From Candidatus Adlerbacteria bacterium (GTDB taxonomy: Bacteria > Patescibacteriota > Minisyncoccia > Phycocordibacterales > SBAW01): a stretch of 64,000 bases of DNA. Of this stretch, positions 29,596 to 39,495 are shown piece by piece. The DNA lies in contig PLCJ01000002.1 in assembly GCA_003135635.1 (NCBI GenBank), positions 109,451 to 173,450 of the forward strand. Reading direction: 5' to 3'. Made by a program: the position numbers and the translations under genes. Below the pieces are notes generated by a model, which was given only the letters and a program-made list of their open reading frames with translations, searched no databases and was not told the DNA's origin. Position 1 is the stretch's first letter; the number at the start of each line of letters is the position of its first letter.

Positions 29596-30111
29596 ATGTC
29601 TAAAACATTAACTGTGGGCATTGTTGTGGTCATTGCCATTGTAGTCGTCGCCTTTTTCTTTTTATCCAGTTTTATTAATCCTTTTAATATGAATTCACAA
29701 AACCAGCAGCCAATTACTGCAACTACCACTCCCGCGGGGAGTGCAACCGGCCTGGTAGTACAAGATGAAGTGGTGGGTACGGGTGCTACTACTGCGCAAT
29801 TGGGCGATGTGCTTACGGTTAACTACACGGGAAAACTCCAAAACGGTACAATTTTTGATACTTCAATCGGCAAAGCGCCAATTCAATTTACTCTTGGCGC
29901 AGGGCAAGTTATCCCCGGATGGGATCAGGGTCTGCAAGGAATGCGAGTGGGTGGCACGCGCCTACTTATTATTCCCCCGGGTCTGGCCTACGGCTCTCAG
30001 GGGGTAGGATCTATTCCCCCTAACTCTACGCTCGTCTTTGAGGTTCAGCTTCTTGGTGTCCAGGCACCCTCTCCAGCTGCTTCCACGTCAGGATCTCCTA
30101 CAGCGCAATAA
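29596..30111 (+). CDS. FKBP-type peptidyl-prolyl cis-trans isomerase, membrane-anchored
   Basis: N-terminal TM (LTVGIVVVIAIVVVAFFFL), FKBP domain VLTVNYTGKLQNGTIFDTS...PPNSTLVFEVQLLGV; the track ORF from 29281 carries a spurious N-terminal extension. Confidence 0.85.
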   Translation: MSKTLTVGIVVVIAIVVVAFFFLSSFINPFNMNSQNQQPITATTTPAGSATGLVVQDEVVGTGATTAQLGDVLTVNYTGKLQNGTIFDTSIGKAPIQFTLGAGQVIPGWDQGLQGMRVGGTRLLIIPPGLAYGSQGVGSIPPNSTLVFEVQLLGVQAPSPAASTSGSPTAQ

Positions 30112-30147
30112 ATCAGGTAAAACTTTTTCCGGACGCTTGACCTACCC

Positions 30148-31365
30148 ATGCGCCCCACACGTTTCTTCCTAGAGAAAAAAGCTCCTCATTCTCTTGCTCG
30201 TGCGGGAGTGCTCCACACCCCACATGGCACGATTGCTACACCGGCTTTTATTGCGGTAGCGACCAAAGCAACACTCAAGGGCGTGCCGGTTAGTTACTTT
30301 CCTGAACTTAAAGTACAAGGGATCATCGCAAATACCTATCATTTATATCTCTCAGGGGAAAAAGCAATTGTTGCGGCCGGGGGTGTAGGCAAATTTATGG
30401 GCTTTTCGGGACCAACCATGACAGACTCTGGTGGTTTTCAGGTGTTTTCCCTTGGTGTGGGGTTTGGTAAAAAACTATCGAAGTTTCTGCCCAGGGAAGT
30501 GATAGCGCAGGAGGCAGTAGCGCTTTTTGATGAGGAACTTGCAACCTCTCACGGCAAGCTTGCTATTGTCGATGAAGAAGGAGTTTCTTTTACTTCTCAT
30601 CTGGATGGTTCTCTACATCGCTTTACTCCAGAGCGATCAATTGAAATTCAGCACGCCCTCGGGGCAGATATTCTTTTTGCTTTTGATGAGTGTACGGCAC
30701 CCACTGCGAAGTATGCCTATCAAGAAGAAGCGATGGAGCGTACCCATAGATGGGCGAGACGTAGTCTTGCTGCCCACCGCAGGAACATTGAGAAGGAACG
30801 TATTCAGGGGATCTGGGGCATCGTGCAAGGGGGCCGTTTTGAAGATTTGCGCATACACAGTGCGCGAGAACTTGCCGGTATGGATTTTGATGGATACGGC
30901 ATCGGGGGTTCTTTTAGTAAATATGACATCCTTGGCATTCTTAATACAGTGAATCAAGAACTGCCCCAGGAAAAACCACGGCATCTCCTCGGGATTGGAG
31001 AACCTGAAGATTTATTTATCGGCGTGGCGGCAGGCATTGATACGTTTGATTGTGTACTCCCCACACGAAACGGTCGCACCGGTGGTATTTATACTGAGGG
31101 GGGAAAAATTCAAATCCCCAACGCGCAGTATAGAAATGATTTCGGTCCTCTTGCTTTGGGCTGTGCGTGCCCGGTGTGTCGCATTCATACCCGCGCGTAC
31201 CTCAACCATCTCTTCGCCACGCGTGAGATGCTGGGGCCGGTCCTTGCGTCGATGCACAATCTCTACTTTTTCTCCCAGCTCATGGAGCGCATACGAGTTT
31301 CAATTCTTGAGGGAACATTTGAAGCGTTTCAAGAAGCATTTTTGTCTCAATACAAAGTGCGCTAA
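30148..31365 (+). CDS. tgt: queuine tRNA-ribosyltransferase (tRNA-guanine transglycosylase)
   Basis: Tgt core (LHTPHG, GGFQVFSL, DECT) and zinc site CACPVCRIHTRAYLNHL. Confidence 0.9.
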   Translation: MRPTRFFLEKKAPHSLARAGVLHTPHGTIATPAFIAVATKATLKGVPVSYFPELKVQGIIANTYHLYLSGEKAIVAAGGVGKFMGFSGPTMTDSGGFQVFSLGVGFGKKLSKFLPREVIAQEAVALFDEELATSHGKLAIVDEEGVSFTSHLDGSLHRFTPERSIEIQHALGADILFAFDECTAPTAKYAYQEEAMERTHRWARRSLAAHRRNIEKERIQGIWGIVQGGRFEDLRIHSARELAGMDFDGYGIGGSFSKYDILGILNTVNQELPQEKPRHLLGIGEPEDLFIGVAAGIDTFDCVLPTRNGRTGGIYTEGGKIQIPNAQYRNDFGPLALGCACPVCRIHTRAYLNHLFATREMLGPVLASMHNLYFFSQLMERIRVSILEGTFEAFQEAFLSQYKVR

Positions 31366-31374
31366 AGTGTCGAA

Positions 31375-33414
31375 ATGGCACGTTTTGCTATTACGGCTCC
31401 GTATACGCCGGCGGGAGATCAACCCAAAGCGATTGACGCGCTTTTTGAAGGGCTCAAAAAAGGTTCCCCGCATCAAACACTTTTAGGGGTGACCGGTTCT
31501 GGAAAAACCTTCACTATCGCAAATGTTATTGATCGCTTGCAGAAACCAACGCTCGTCATTGCACACAACAAAACGCTAGCCGCTCAGCTTACTCAAGAAT
31601 ATCGGGAGTTTTTTCCCAACAACGCCGTCCACTATTTTGTCTCTTACTATGACTATTATCAACCGGAGGCGTATCTCCCTACGAGCGATACCTATATAGA
31701 AAAAGAGGCCCAAATTAATAAAGAAATTGATCGACTACGCCACGCTTCAACGCAAGCACTCCTCACTCGCCCAGATGTCATTATCGTTGCATCCGTTTCT
31801 TGTATTTATGCTCTCGGTAGCCCTGAGGAGTATCGTCGGGTACATATGGAGTTGCGCGCGGGCATGAAAAAAAATCGTGCTGAGCTTATTCGGGAACTCG
31901 TCGGTTTATATTTTGAGCGTACCACCGCCGATCTCATGCCTGGTATGTTTCGCGCGCTTGGCAACAGCATTGAAATTATGCCGACCGGCGAGCAAATCTT
32001 ATACCGGATTGAATTTCAACAAGACACCATCGAGCGGGTACGCATTATTGATGCCATAACCCGCACAGAAAAAGAACCACTGCCGTTTTTATTTCTTTTT
32101 CCTGCCAAACATTACGTTACTCCCGAGCATGAGCGCGACCGTGCGATCAAAGATATTGAGCGTGAGCTCACCCAGCAGCTTCAGAAATTTGAGCGCTCCG
32201 GAAAAATTCTTGAGGCCGAACGGCTCAAGCGCCGTACGAATCATGATCTCGCCCTTATTCGCGAGATGGGGTATTGCAATGGAATAGAAAATTACTCCCG
32301 CCACTTCGACGGGCGTGCTCCCGGAGAGCCTCCGTATACGCTTCTTGATTATTTTCCACACACTCCACAGGGCAAAGCTGATTTTCTTACGATTATCGAT
32401 GAGTCTCATGTCACTGTGCCGCAAATTGGCGGTATGTATGCGGGGGACCGGTCGCGCAAAGAGACACTGGTGGAGCACGGGTTTCGGCTTCCTTCCGCTA
32501 TCGATAACCGGCCGCTTCAATTTGAGGAGTTTGAGAGTGCCATTGGTCAGGTGATTTATACCTCTGCGACCCCAGGACCCTATGAGCGGGAAACCTCAAA
32601 AAAAACTATGGTCGAGCAAATTATTCGCCCCACCGGTCTTATTGATCCGGAAGTGATCGTGCGACCGATAACCGGGGTGCTGGGTGCAGTGCAGGGACAA
32701 GTGGAAGACCTTCTTAAGGAGGCTGAGGGGGTTATTTCCAAAGGCGCTCGGGTACTGATTACCACGCTTACCAAAAAAATGGCGGAGGATCTCTCAGATT
32801 TTCTTAAAGATCGAGGTTTAAAAACGGCATACCTACACAGCGACGTGCAAACTCTTGACCGCATCACTACGCTCACAGGTCTGCGCAAGGGAGAGTTTGA
32901 TGTATTGGTGGGTGTTAACCTGCTTCGCGAGGGACTGGACCTGCCGGAGGTTGAGTTGGTCGCTATCTTGGACGCCGATAAGCAAGGATTCTTACGCTCG
33001 GAGACTTCACTTATTCAAACCATTGGGCGAGCAGCGCGAAACGTCAACGGGCGTGTTATTTTATATGCCGATCAAATGACTGGCTCGCTCACAAGGGCAA
33101 TTGATGAAACGAACCGACGCCGTGCATTGCAACACGCATACAATGAAGAGCACGGTATTACACCGCAGACGATTCGAAAAAATATCAAAGATATCACCGA
33201 AGAGTTGCGAAGCGATCACGCCAAAGCGGTAGGGGTCATGTTTACGATAGATAAGGATCTCTATGCAAAAAATCCTAAAAAATTTATTGTCGAAAAACGT
33301 CGCCAGATGATTGATGCGGTCAAAGAGCTCGACTTTGAAACTGCAGCACTTCTGCGTGATGAAATCTATGCTCTGACAGGAGAGGGAAGAGTAAAAAAGA
33401 AAGTAGGTGCCTAA
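31375..33414 (+). CDS. uvrB: excinuclease ABC subunit B
   Basis: helicase motifs GVTGSGKTF and DESH, beta-hairpin, C-terminal UVR domain (ALLRDEIYAL). Confidence 0.95.
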   Translation: MARFAITAPYTPAGDQPKAIDALFEGLKKGSPHQTLLGVTGSGKTFTIANVIDRLQKPTLVIAHNKTLAAQLTQEYREFFPNNAVHYFVSYYDYYQPEAYLPTSDTYIEKEAQINKEIDRLRHASTQALLTRPDVIIVASVSCIYALGSPEEYRRVHMELRAGMKKNRAELIRELVGLYFERTTADLMPGMFRALGNSIEIMPTGEQILYRIEFQQDTIERVRIIDAITRTEKEPLPFLFLFPAKHYVTPEHERDRAIKDIERELTQQLQKFERSGKILEAERLKRRTNHDLALIREMGYCNGIENYSRHFDGRAPGEPPYTLLDYFPHTPQGKADFLTIIDESHVTVPQIGGMYAGDRSRKETLVEHGFRLPSAIDNRPLQFEEFESAIGQVIYTSATPGPYERETSKKTMVEQIIRPTGLIDPEVIVRPITGVLGAVQGQVEDLLKEAEGVISKGARVLITTLTKKMAEDLSDFLKDRGLKTAYLHSDVQTLDRITTLTGLRKGEFDVLVGVNLLREGLDLPEVELVAILDADKQGFLRSETSLIQTIGRAARNVNGRVILYADQMTGSLTRAIDETNRRRALQHAYNEEHGITPQTIRKNIKDITEELRSDHAKAVGVMFTIDKDLYAKNPKKFIVEKRRQMIDAVKELDFETAALLRDEIYALTGEGRVKKKVGA

Positions 33415-33475
33415 GAGCAATATGTCCTTTTGGTGTCTAACGTAGTATTCTCTTGTTGGAAAGGAGGGAGTCGCT

Positions 33476-33994
33476 ATGGCCCTCATAATTGGCGGCAAAC
33501 CCAAACGCCAGCTTCTGCGGGAATTAAAAGAAGGCGGTTTCCTGGTGGCTGATGAAGCTCGAGACATTATCATTAACCATGCGTTCACGACGCTTCCTGA
33601 AACCGAACTAATCGACGACCTCGGAATTGTCATCGTGCGAGATCTGGGTAGTTTTCCTGAGAGAGAGCCAACGACAGGTCAACTATGGGCTCGCATACGT
33701 GAATCGGGATATGGTCTCTGTCCAGCGGAAACCGCTCTCCACCTGCGTCTTCAAGGAGATCAGGGACACGGCAACTACTGCTGGATGGCGATGGAGCGGG
33801 TCGCTGGTTCCAAGGGTAATCTGTACGTATTCACTCTCCGGCGTGGTAACGATGGCAAGCTTTGGCTTGATGTCGAGCGTGCCAATCCGGGTGATCCGTG
33901 GCGTATTAACAGCTGTCTCATCGTCCGTCTGCAGTCCCATGACCGAAGGCCAGCAACATGGGGTTCTTCCGATCTCATGTCAGTTCCCGTATGA
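33476..33994 (+). CDS. hypothetical protein (GC-rich gene inserted between uvrB and uvrA)
   Basis: 172 aa; strong RBS AAGGAGGGA; coding GC visibly higher than the flanks; followed by its own terminator. Confidence 0.55.
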   Translation: MALIIGGKPKRQLLRELKEGGFLVADEARDIIINHAFTTLPETELIDDLGIVIVRDLGSFPEREPTTGQLWARIRESGYGLCPAETALHLRLQGDQGHGNYCWMAMERVAGSKGNLYVFTLRRGNDGKLWLDVERANPGDPWRINSCLIVRLQSHDRRPATWGSSDLMSVPV

Positions 33995-34002
33995 ACTTCG
34001 GT

Positions 34003-34045
34003 TCACAAGCACCAGGTCCTGTCGCATCGCGCACAGGACCTACTT
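34003..34045 (+). terminator. rho-independent terminator
   Basis: AGGTCCTGT / ACAGGACCT 9-bp stem followed by ACTTTGTTTTTATATATA. Confidence 0.5.
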
Positions 34046-34107
34046 TGTTTTTATATATACGTTTATTAATAAAATCGATGGAAGATCGAAAGATTACACT
34101 TTCCCTA

Positions 34108-34129
34108 GTGGATGATGTTAGAAACTATT
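34108..34129 (-). repeat. copy of recurrent intergenic motif (TAGTTTCTAACATCATCCAC)
   Basis: plus strand gtggatgatgttagaaactatt; on the minus strand it follows terminator + TTTTTTATATAG. Confidence 0.6.
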
Positions 34130-34151
34130 GGAAAAAGAGAAGTAACTATAT

Positions 34152-34181
34152 AAAAAAGAAGCGTCGACAAAAGCCGACGCT
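34152..34181 (-). terminator. rho-independent terminator downstream of the tRNA-like gene
   Basis: agcgtcg / cgacgct stem, then a T-run on the minus strand. Confidence 0.5.
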
Positions 34182-34189
34182 GTGTAACT

Positions 34190-34266
34190 CTCCGGTGAAG
34201 GGAATCGAACCCTCGACGGCTGGTTTTTTTAATCATCCGGCCACTCTACCACTGAGCTACACCGGA
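34190..34266 (-). tRNA. tRNA-like gene with atypical 13-nt anticodon loop (possible pseudo-tRNA)
   Basis: 7-bp acceptor TCCGGTG/CACCGGA, D-arm GCTCAGTGGTAGAGT, T-arm GAGGGTTCGATTCCCTT; the anticodon region GCCGG-ATGATTAAAAAAA-CCAGC does not fold into a canonical 5-bp/7-nt arm. Confidence 0.5.
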
Positions 34267-34551
34267 ACGTTTATGGCGGTCAGGGACAGTTGAGTTTTCA
34301 GCTCTCAGTGAATGCGAGAAAAGCGCCCGCTTCGGGGTCCACCTTACTATCTACGCTCACACTGTCCCTGACCTGCATCGTATGATGCTTGGCACACTGG
34401 CTCTTGTCAATCAAAAGTATCCGCATCCATCTCTAAACAGCGTTTTCATTGAGTTGCAACATGTTTTAGGAAAGTTAATGTGCTATACTACCTTCTTACA
34501 TACCCCCTCGGAGCAACCGTGGGGCGTATTCCGTGTTTAAAACACCTCACT

Positions 34552-37149
34552 ATGGAAGACTACATACATATAAAAGGAGCAAAAACGCACAATCTCAAGA
34601 ATATCTCTCTTACCATTCCACGCAACAAAATGGTGGTATTTACGGGACTTTCTGGCTCGGGTAAATCCTCCTTAGCTTTTGATACTATTTTTGCCGAGGG
34701 GCAGCGCCGGTATATCGAATCGCTTTCTGCCTATGCCAGGCAGTTTTTGCGCCAAATGCAAAAGCCCGATGTGGAAGAAATCACCGGACTTTCGCCAGCC
34801 ATTTCTATCGATCAGAAAAGTCGATCCAATAATCCCCGTTCAACCGTGGCAACGATCACGGAAATCTATGACTACCTACGTATTCTTTTCGCGCGCGTGG
34901 GCAAGCCACACTGCCTTATATGTGGGAGAGAAATTAAGAAACATTCCAATGAAGAAATAGTACAAAGTGTGGTGGAGGGTGTCATGAAATCTACACCTAA
35001 AAAAACTCGCAAGATAATGAACATAGATGTTGTCGAAGACACTGTCAAGATTTTTTCCCCGGTGGTTGTTGGTCGAAAGGGGGAATATTATCAGATGCTT
35101 TATGATCTTCTTAATAAAGGGTTTGAAAAAGTGACTATTGATGGAAAATTCATGAGTTTGCGTGAACGAGTAGTACTTGAAAAAAATAAGAAACACGATA
35201 TTGATGTTCTTATTGATGAAATACTTGTCACTGAATTTACAAGAAATCACCAAGCTGCTTTGGAGCGTCTCTCAGAAGCAGTCGAACGGGCGCTTCACGA
35301 AAGCGGGGGACTGGTAAAAATCGAAGACATGCACGGTACGCGTTTAGTCTCAGCAAAGTTCATGTGCGCTTACGATGGTTTCTCATTTCCTGAAGTTGAA
35401 CCGAGACTATTCTCTTTCAATTCTCCCTATGGGGCATGTCCGGAGTGCAACGGTCTCGGGACAAAGCATTTTTGGACTGACGAGGAGTGCCCGGTGTGCC
35501 ATGGCCTGCGTCTGCGGCCTGAGGCACTGAGTGTCTTTATCGGAGAGAAGACTGGGGCAACGCATGGAAAAAATATTGTTGACATAACGCAACTTGCTAT
35601 TGGGGATGCCTTTGCTTTTTTTAATGCCCTTGAACTTTCAAAAAAAGACAAGGAAATTTCAAAAACAGTTGTCAAAGAGATCTCTGCTCGGTTGAAATTT
35701 ATGCTTGATGTGGGGCTTGATTACCTCACTTTGGACCGCAAAGCAAACACGCTCTCCGGTGGAGAAGCGCAGCGCATCCGTCTTGCCTCTCAACTAGGCT
35801 CTGGGCTCGTAGGAGCGCTCTACGTACTTGATGAACCCACCATCGGACTTCATCAGCGCGATAACGAACGCCTTATCAAAACACTGCTTAACCTGCGGGA
35901 CCTCGGTAATACCATTATTGTTGTTGAGCACGATGAAGATACCATCTACTCGGCGGATTACTTGGTTGATATAGGCCCTGGTGCGGGGGTACACGGCGGC
36001 CAGATTGTCGTTTCCGATTATTTAGAGAAACTGCTGACTGCGAAGAAAAACGATAGCGGTTCTGTGACACTTGCATATTTGCGCGGAGAAAAGATGCTGC
36101 CGGTTCCAGAAAAGCGACGCAGTGGCGATAAGGGAGCGATAAAAATCCGCGGTGGATCGGCATTCAATATCAATAATCTTTCCGTTGACATCCCGCTTGG
36201 CAGGCTTATTGCCGTTACCGGGGTATCTGGTTCAGGGAAATCAACATTTCTCTACGAGATAGTGCACGAAAATCTAAAAGCACGCTTTGACAAGCGCTAT
36301 CGCAGCAACAAAGTGCATAATGCTTCCCGGGTGGAAGGGTTGGAATATCTTTCCCGAGCGATCCTTATTGATCAATCAGCAATCGGGCGCACTCCGCGCT
36401 CAAATCCAGCGACCTATACCGGCACGTTTACTTTCATTCGTGACTTATTTGCTTCAACTCATGAGGCGCGTGCACGTGGCTGGAAGGCAGGTCGGTTTTC
36501 TTTCAATGTGCCACAAGCGCGCGGTGGCGGTCGGTGCGAAGCATGCGAAGGGAACGGTACGCTCGCCATTGAGATGCACTTTCTTCCGACGGTGTATGTC
36601 ACCTGTGACATATGCGGGGGCAAGCGGTTTATGAAAGAGACGCTTGAGGTGAAGTATAAAAAGAAAAATATTTATGATGTGCTCAAAATGACTGCGGAAG
36701 ACGCACTGCAGTTTTTTAATGATATCCCGCCGATTTATGATCGGCTTAAGGCTCTGGAGGAAGTGGGACTTGGCTATCTGGAGTTAGGACAAAGCGCCAC
36801 AACTCTCTCCGGTGGGGAAGCACAGCGGGTAAAAATTGCTTCTGAGCTCTACCGTCCACATCTGCAAAAAACGATCTATCTTCTTGATGAACCTACGGTG
36901 GGTCTTCATTATGAGGATGTGGCAAAACTTATCGATATACTCAACCGTCTCGTTTCGGCAGGTAATACCGTCATGCTCATTGAGCACAACATGGACATTA
37001 TCAAAAGCGCCGACTGGGTGCTCGATTTTGGGCCCGATGGGGGAGCTCAGGGTGGCAGACTCATTGCAAAAGGAACACCGGAAGATATTGCCAACACCAA
37101 AGACTCCCACACTGGGTACTATCTTAAAAAGGCGCTCAGGGGAACATGA
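34552..37149 (+). CDS. uvrA: excinuclease ABC subunit A
   Basis: two ABC cassettes (GLSGSGKSS / [17 protein letters not shown] x2) and zinc fingers ([16 protein letters not shown]); start placed at [18 protein letters not shown]. Confidence 0.95.
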   Translation: MEDYIHIKGAKTHNLKNISLTIPRNKMVVFTGLSGSGKSSLAFDTIFAEGQRRYIESLSAYARQFLRQMQKPDVEEITGLSPAISIDQKSRSNNPRSTVATITEIYDYLRILFARVGKPHCLICGREIKKHSNEEIVQSVVEGVMKSTPKKTRKIMNIDVVEDTVKIFSPVVVGRKGEYYQMLYDLLNKGFEKVTIDGKFMSLRERVVLEKNKKHDIDVLIDEILVTEFTRNHQAALERLSEAVERALHESGGLVKIEDMHGTRLVSAKFMCAYDGFSFPEVEPRLFSFNSPYGACPECNGLGTKHFWTDEECPVCHGLRLRPEALSVFIGEKTGATHGKNIVDITQLAIGDAFAFFNALELSKKDKEISKTVVKEISARLKFMLDVGLDYLTLDRKANTLSGGEAQRIRLASQLGSGLVGALYVLDEPTIGLHQRDNERLIKTLLNLRDLGNTIIVVEHDEDTIYSADYLVDIGPGAGVHGGQIVVSDYLEKLLTAKKNDSGSVTLAYLRGEKMLPVPEKRRSGDKGAIKIRGGSAFNINNLSVDIPLGRLIAVTGVSGSGKSTFLYEIVHENLKARFDKRYRSNKVHNASRVEGLEYLSRAILIDQSAIGRTPRSNPATYTGTFTFIRDLFASTHEARARGWKAGRFSFNVPQARGGGRCEACEGNGTLAIEMHFLPTVYVTCDICGGKRFMKETLEVKYKKKNIYDVLKMTAEDALQFFNDIPPIYDRLKALEEVGLGYLELGQSATTLSGGEAQRVKIASELYRPHLQKTIYLLDEPTVGLHYEDVAKLIDILNRLVSAGNTVMLIEHNMDIIKSADWVLDFGPDGGAQGGRLIAKGTPEDIANTKDSHTGYYLKKALRGT

Positions 37150-37162
37150 AGCAGATTTTGCT

Positions 37163-38437
37163 ATGACACTTCAAGAGTTTAAAAAGAAAAGCAGTCGCAT
37201 GCCCGATACGCCGGGGGTGTATTTTTTTCTTGGCAGCCGTAAAGAAACGCTCTATATCGGCAAAGCAACCAGTCTGCGAAGCCGTACGCGCAGTTATTTT
37301 TCAGGTGATCTCGCGCATACCCGTGGCGTTTTTGTCGCCTCGATGGTCGCGCGGGCGCGAGGACTTGATTGGAGAGAAACCGATTCGGTCCTCGAAGCCC
37401 TTATCCTTGAGGCAAACCTTATCAAGCACTACAAACCGCACTACAACACACTCGCCAAAGATGATAAGAGTTTTAATTACGTGGTTATTACCAAAGAGGC
37501 TTTCCCGCGCGTGCTTTTGGTGCGTGGAAAGAATCTCGAGACAGAATTTCCTGCGCACTCTCGCGGGTATCTCTTTGGTCCCTTTCCCCATGGGCTTCAG
37601 TTGCGCGAGGTCCTCAAACTTATTCGGAAGATTTTTCCGTACCGCGACAGCTGTACGCCTGCCCCCGATGCACTCTTGCAAGGCAAAAACCCCAAAGCAT
37701 GCTTTAACCGGCATATCGGGCTGTGCCCCGGTGTGTGCTCAGGGGAAATAGCATCTATGGAATATCGCCGCATCGTGCGGCATATCGTGCTCCTTTTTCA
37801 AGGAAAAAAGAAAGAACTTTTGAGAATGCTACAGCGGGAAATGAAACTCGCGGTGAAAAATGAAGCGTTTGAACGCGCAGGGGTGCTGCATAGGCAGATT
37901 TTTGCCCTCACGCATATCCAAGATGTCTCCCTCATTAAAGAGGAATATCATCGACCGCCGACCAGCAGCATCCGTCGCATTGAAGCCTATGACATCGCGC
38001 ACCTACAGGGCTCGGCTAACGTGGGCGTCATGGTGGTGGTTGAAGACGGTTTGGCGCAGAAAGGGGAGTACCGCAAATTCCGGATTCGCTCTGCAAAGTC
38101 GGGCGATGATATTGGGGCTTTGAAGGAAGTGCTTACGCGACGCTTGGAGCACAATGAGTGGCCGCTTCCACAGCTCATTGTTGTTGATGGCGCTATGGCG
38201 CACATTAAAGCTGCACGCAGTGTACTTACCCACTACGGCGTAGGTATACCCGTTATTAGTGTGGTGAAAGATGAAAAACATCGTCCGCGGGGGATTACGG
38301 GTCTGCGCGATCAAGCTCTCGGGGGCCTCAGTATCAAAATAGATGAGCGAGAGATTCTTTTGGCAAATGCAGAAGCGCATCGCTTTGCGATTGGCTATCA
38401 TCGCAGAGTAAGTCGCCAGGAAAAAGGTATATACTAA
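37163..38437 (+). CDS. uvrC: excinuclease ABC subunit C (compact form lacking the C-terminal HhH domain)
   Basis: GIY-YIG domain (PGVYFFLG...LYIGKATSLRSR), UVR domain, RNase H-like endonuclease domain (YDIAHLQG); ends at ~425 aa. Confidence 0.85.
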   Translation: MTLQEFKKKSSRMPDTPGVYFFLGSRKETLYIGKATSLRSRTRSYFSGDLAHTRGVFVASMVARARGLDWRETDSVLEALILEANLIKHYKPHYNTLAKDDKSFNYVVITKEAFPRVLLVRGKNLETEFPAHSRGYLFGPFPHGLQLREVLKLIRKIFPYRDSCTPAPDALLQGKNPKACFNRHIGLCPGVCSGEIASMEYRRIVRHIVLLFQGKKKELLRMLQREMKLAVKNEAFERAGVLHRQIFALTHIQDVSLIKEEYHRPPTSSIRRIEAYDIAHLQGSANVGVMVVVEDGLAQKGEYRKFRIRSAKSGDDIGALKEVLTRRLEHNEWPLPQLIVVDGAMAHIKAARSVLTHYGVGIPVISVVKDEKHRPRGITGLRDQALGGLSIKIDEREILLANAEAHRFAIGYHRRVSRQEKGIY

Positions 38438-38441
38438 AGCA

Positions 38442-39422
38442 ATGCGAGAAGTCGTTGGCGTACTGCGCGGCGGCCCATCAAGCGAGTACGAGGTGTCCCT
38501 GAGAAGTGGCGCCACAGTGCTTGAGGCCCTTGATCGAGAAAAATACGATCCGCGCGACATTTTTATCGATCGCTTGGGCGTGTGGCATACAGCCGGCATT
38601 CCTGGTACCCCCGAGCGTGTGTTGCGGGGGGTGGATGTAGTATTTAATGCGCTTCACGGCGAATACGGAGAAGACGGAAAAGTGCAGCGTACGCTTGATG
38701 CGCTTGCTATCCCCTATACCGGGTCAGGTGCCGCTCAATCAGCTGTTGCTTTCAATAAGCAGCGCACCAAAGAAGCGCTCAAAACGTTTGGAATCAAAAT
38801 GCCCCATAGCATCCTTGTGCGACCCGAGGGGGATAGCGAAGCGCTTGCTCTTAAAATATTTCGCTCGTTTCCACATCCGGCAATCGTAAAGCCCGGCAGC
38901 GGAGGTTCTTCCGTGGGAATAACCATTGCAGATAATTTTCATGCGCTTCAACGGGGACTTGAGTATGCCGCTCGCGTATCACCCCAGGTGCTGGTCGAGG
39001 AATTTATCAAGGGGAGGGAAGCAACGGTAGGAGTAATCGATTCATTCCGCAATGAACACACGTATGCGCTCATGCCTGTTGAAATTATTCCGGCCTCGCA
39101 CCGACCGTTTTTTGATTATGAAGCAAAGTATGGCGGAGAGACGACTGAACGGGTACCCGCTCACTTTACGTCTCACGAAAAACAAGAGCTTACAAACCTC
39201 GCGCGTCAAGTGCATGAAGGATTAGAGCTTTCCCACTACTCTCGCTCAGATTTTATGGTAAGTAAGCGGGGCATTTATTTTTTGGAAGTAAATACACTGC
39301 CTGGTCTTACCAAAGAATCCCTTCTTCCGAAAGCCTTGCATGCCGTGGGAGCAAAACTTTCAGATTTTTTTGATCATGTTATTTCCCTTGCGCGTGGCAG
39401 GAGAAGAACCCAGCAAGCTTGA
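38442..39422 (+). CDS. ddl: D-alanine--D-alanine ligase
   Basis: Ddl N-terminal domain (VLRGGPSSEYEVSLRSG) and ATP-grasp fold with C-terminal EVNTLPG. Confidence 0.85.
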   Translation: MREVVGVLRGGPSSEYEVSLRSGATVLEALDREKYDPRDIFIDRLGVWHTAGIPGTPERVLRGVDVVFNALHGEYGEDGKVQRTLDALAIPYTGSGAAQSAVAFNKQRTKEALKTFGIKMPHSILVRPEGDSEALALKIFRSFPHPAIVKPGSGGSSVGITIADNFHALQRGLEYAARVSPQVLVEEFIKGREATVGVIDSFRNEHTYALMPVEIIPASHRPFFDYEAKYGGETTERVPAHFTSHEKQELTNLARQVHEGLELSHYSRSDFMVSKRGIYFLEVNTLPGLTKESLLPKALHAVGAKLSDFFDHVISLARGRRRTQQA

Positions 39423-39451
39423 TACAAATAACTCGAATCCTATTGTTTAGA

Positions 39452-39494
39452 GAAATAAAGAAGCCCCGCCGAAGCAAGACTACTTCAAGCGGGA
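39452..39494 (-). terminator. rho-independent terminator; near-identical copy at 56571 in inverted orientation
   Basis: minus strand TCCCGCTTGAAGTAGTCTTGCTTCGGCGGGGCTTCTTTATTTC: two-tier hairpin plus T-rich tail. Confidence 0.6.
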
Positions 39495-39495
39495 C

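Noticed and set aside
34267-34480. tmRNA, SRP RNA or RNase P identity for the structured element
   Set aside because: There is no tag-peptide reading frame with an Ala-Ala end, no GGAA/AGCAG domain-IV loops, and no P4 helix consensus. Only a generic inverted repeat and a UUCG-type hairpin are present.
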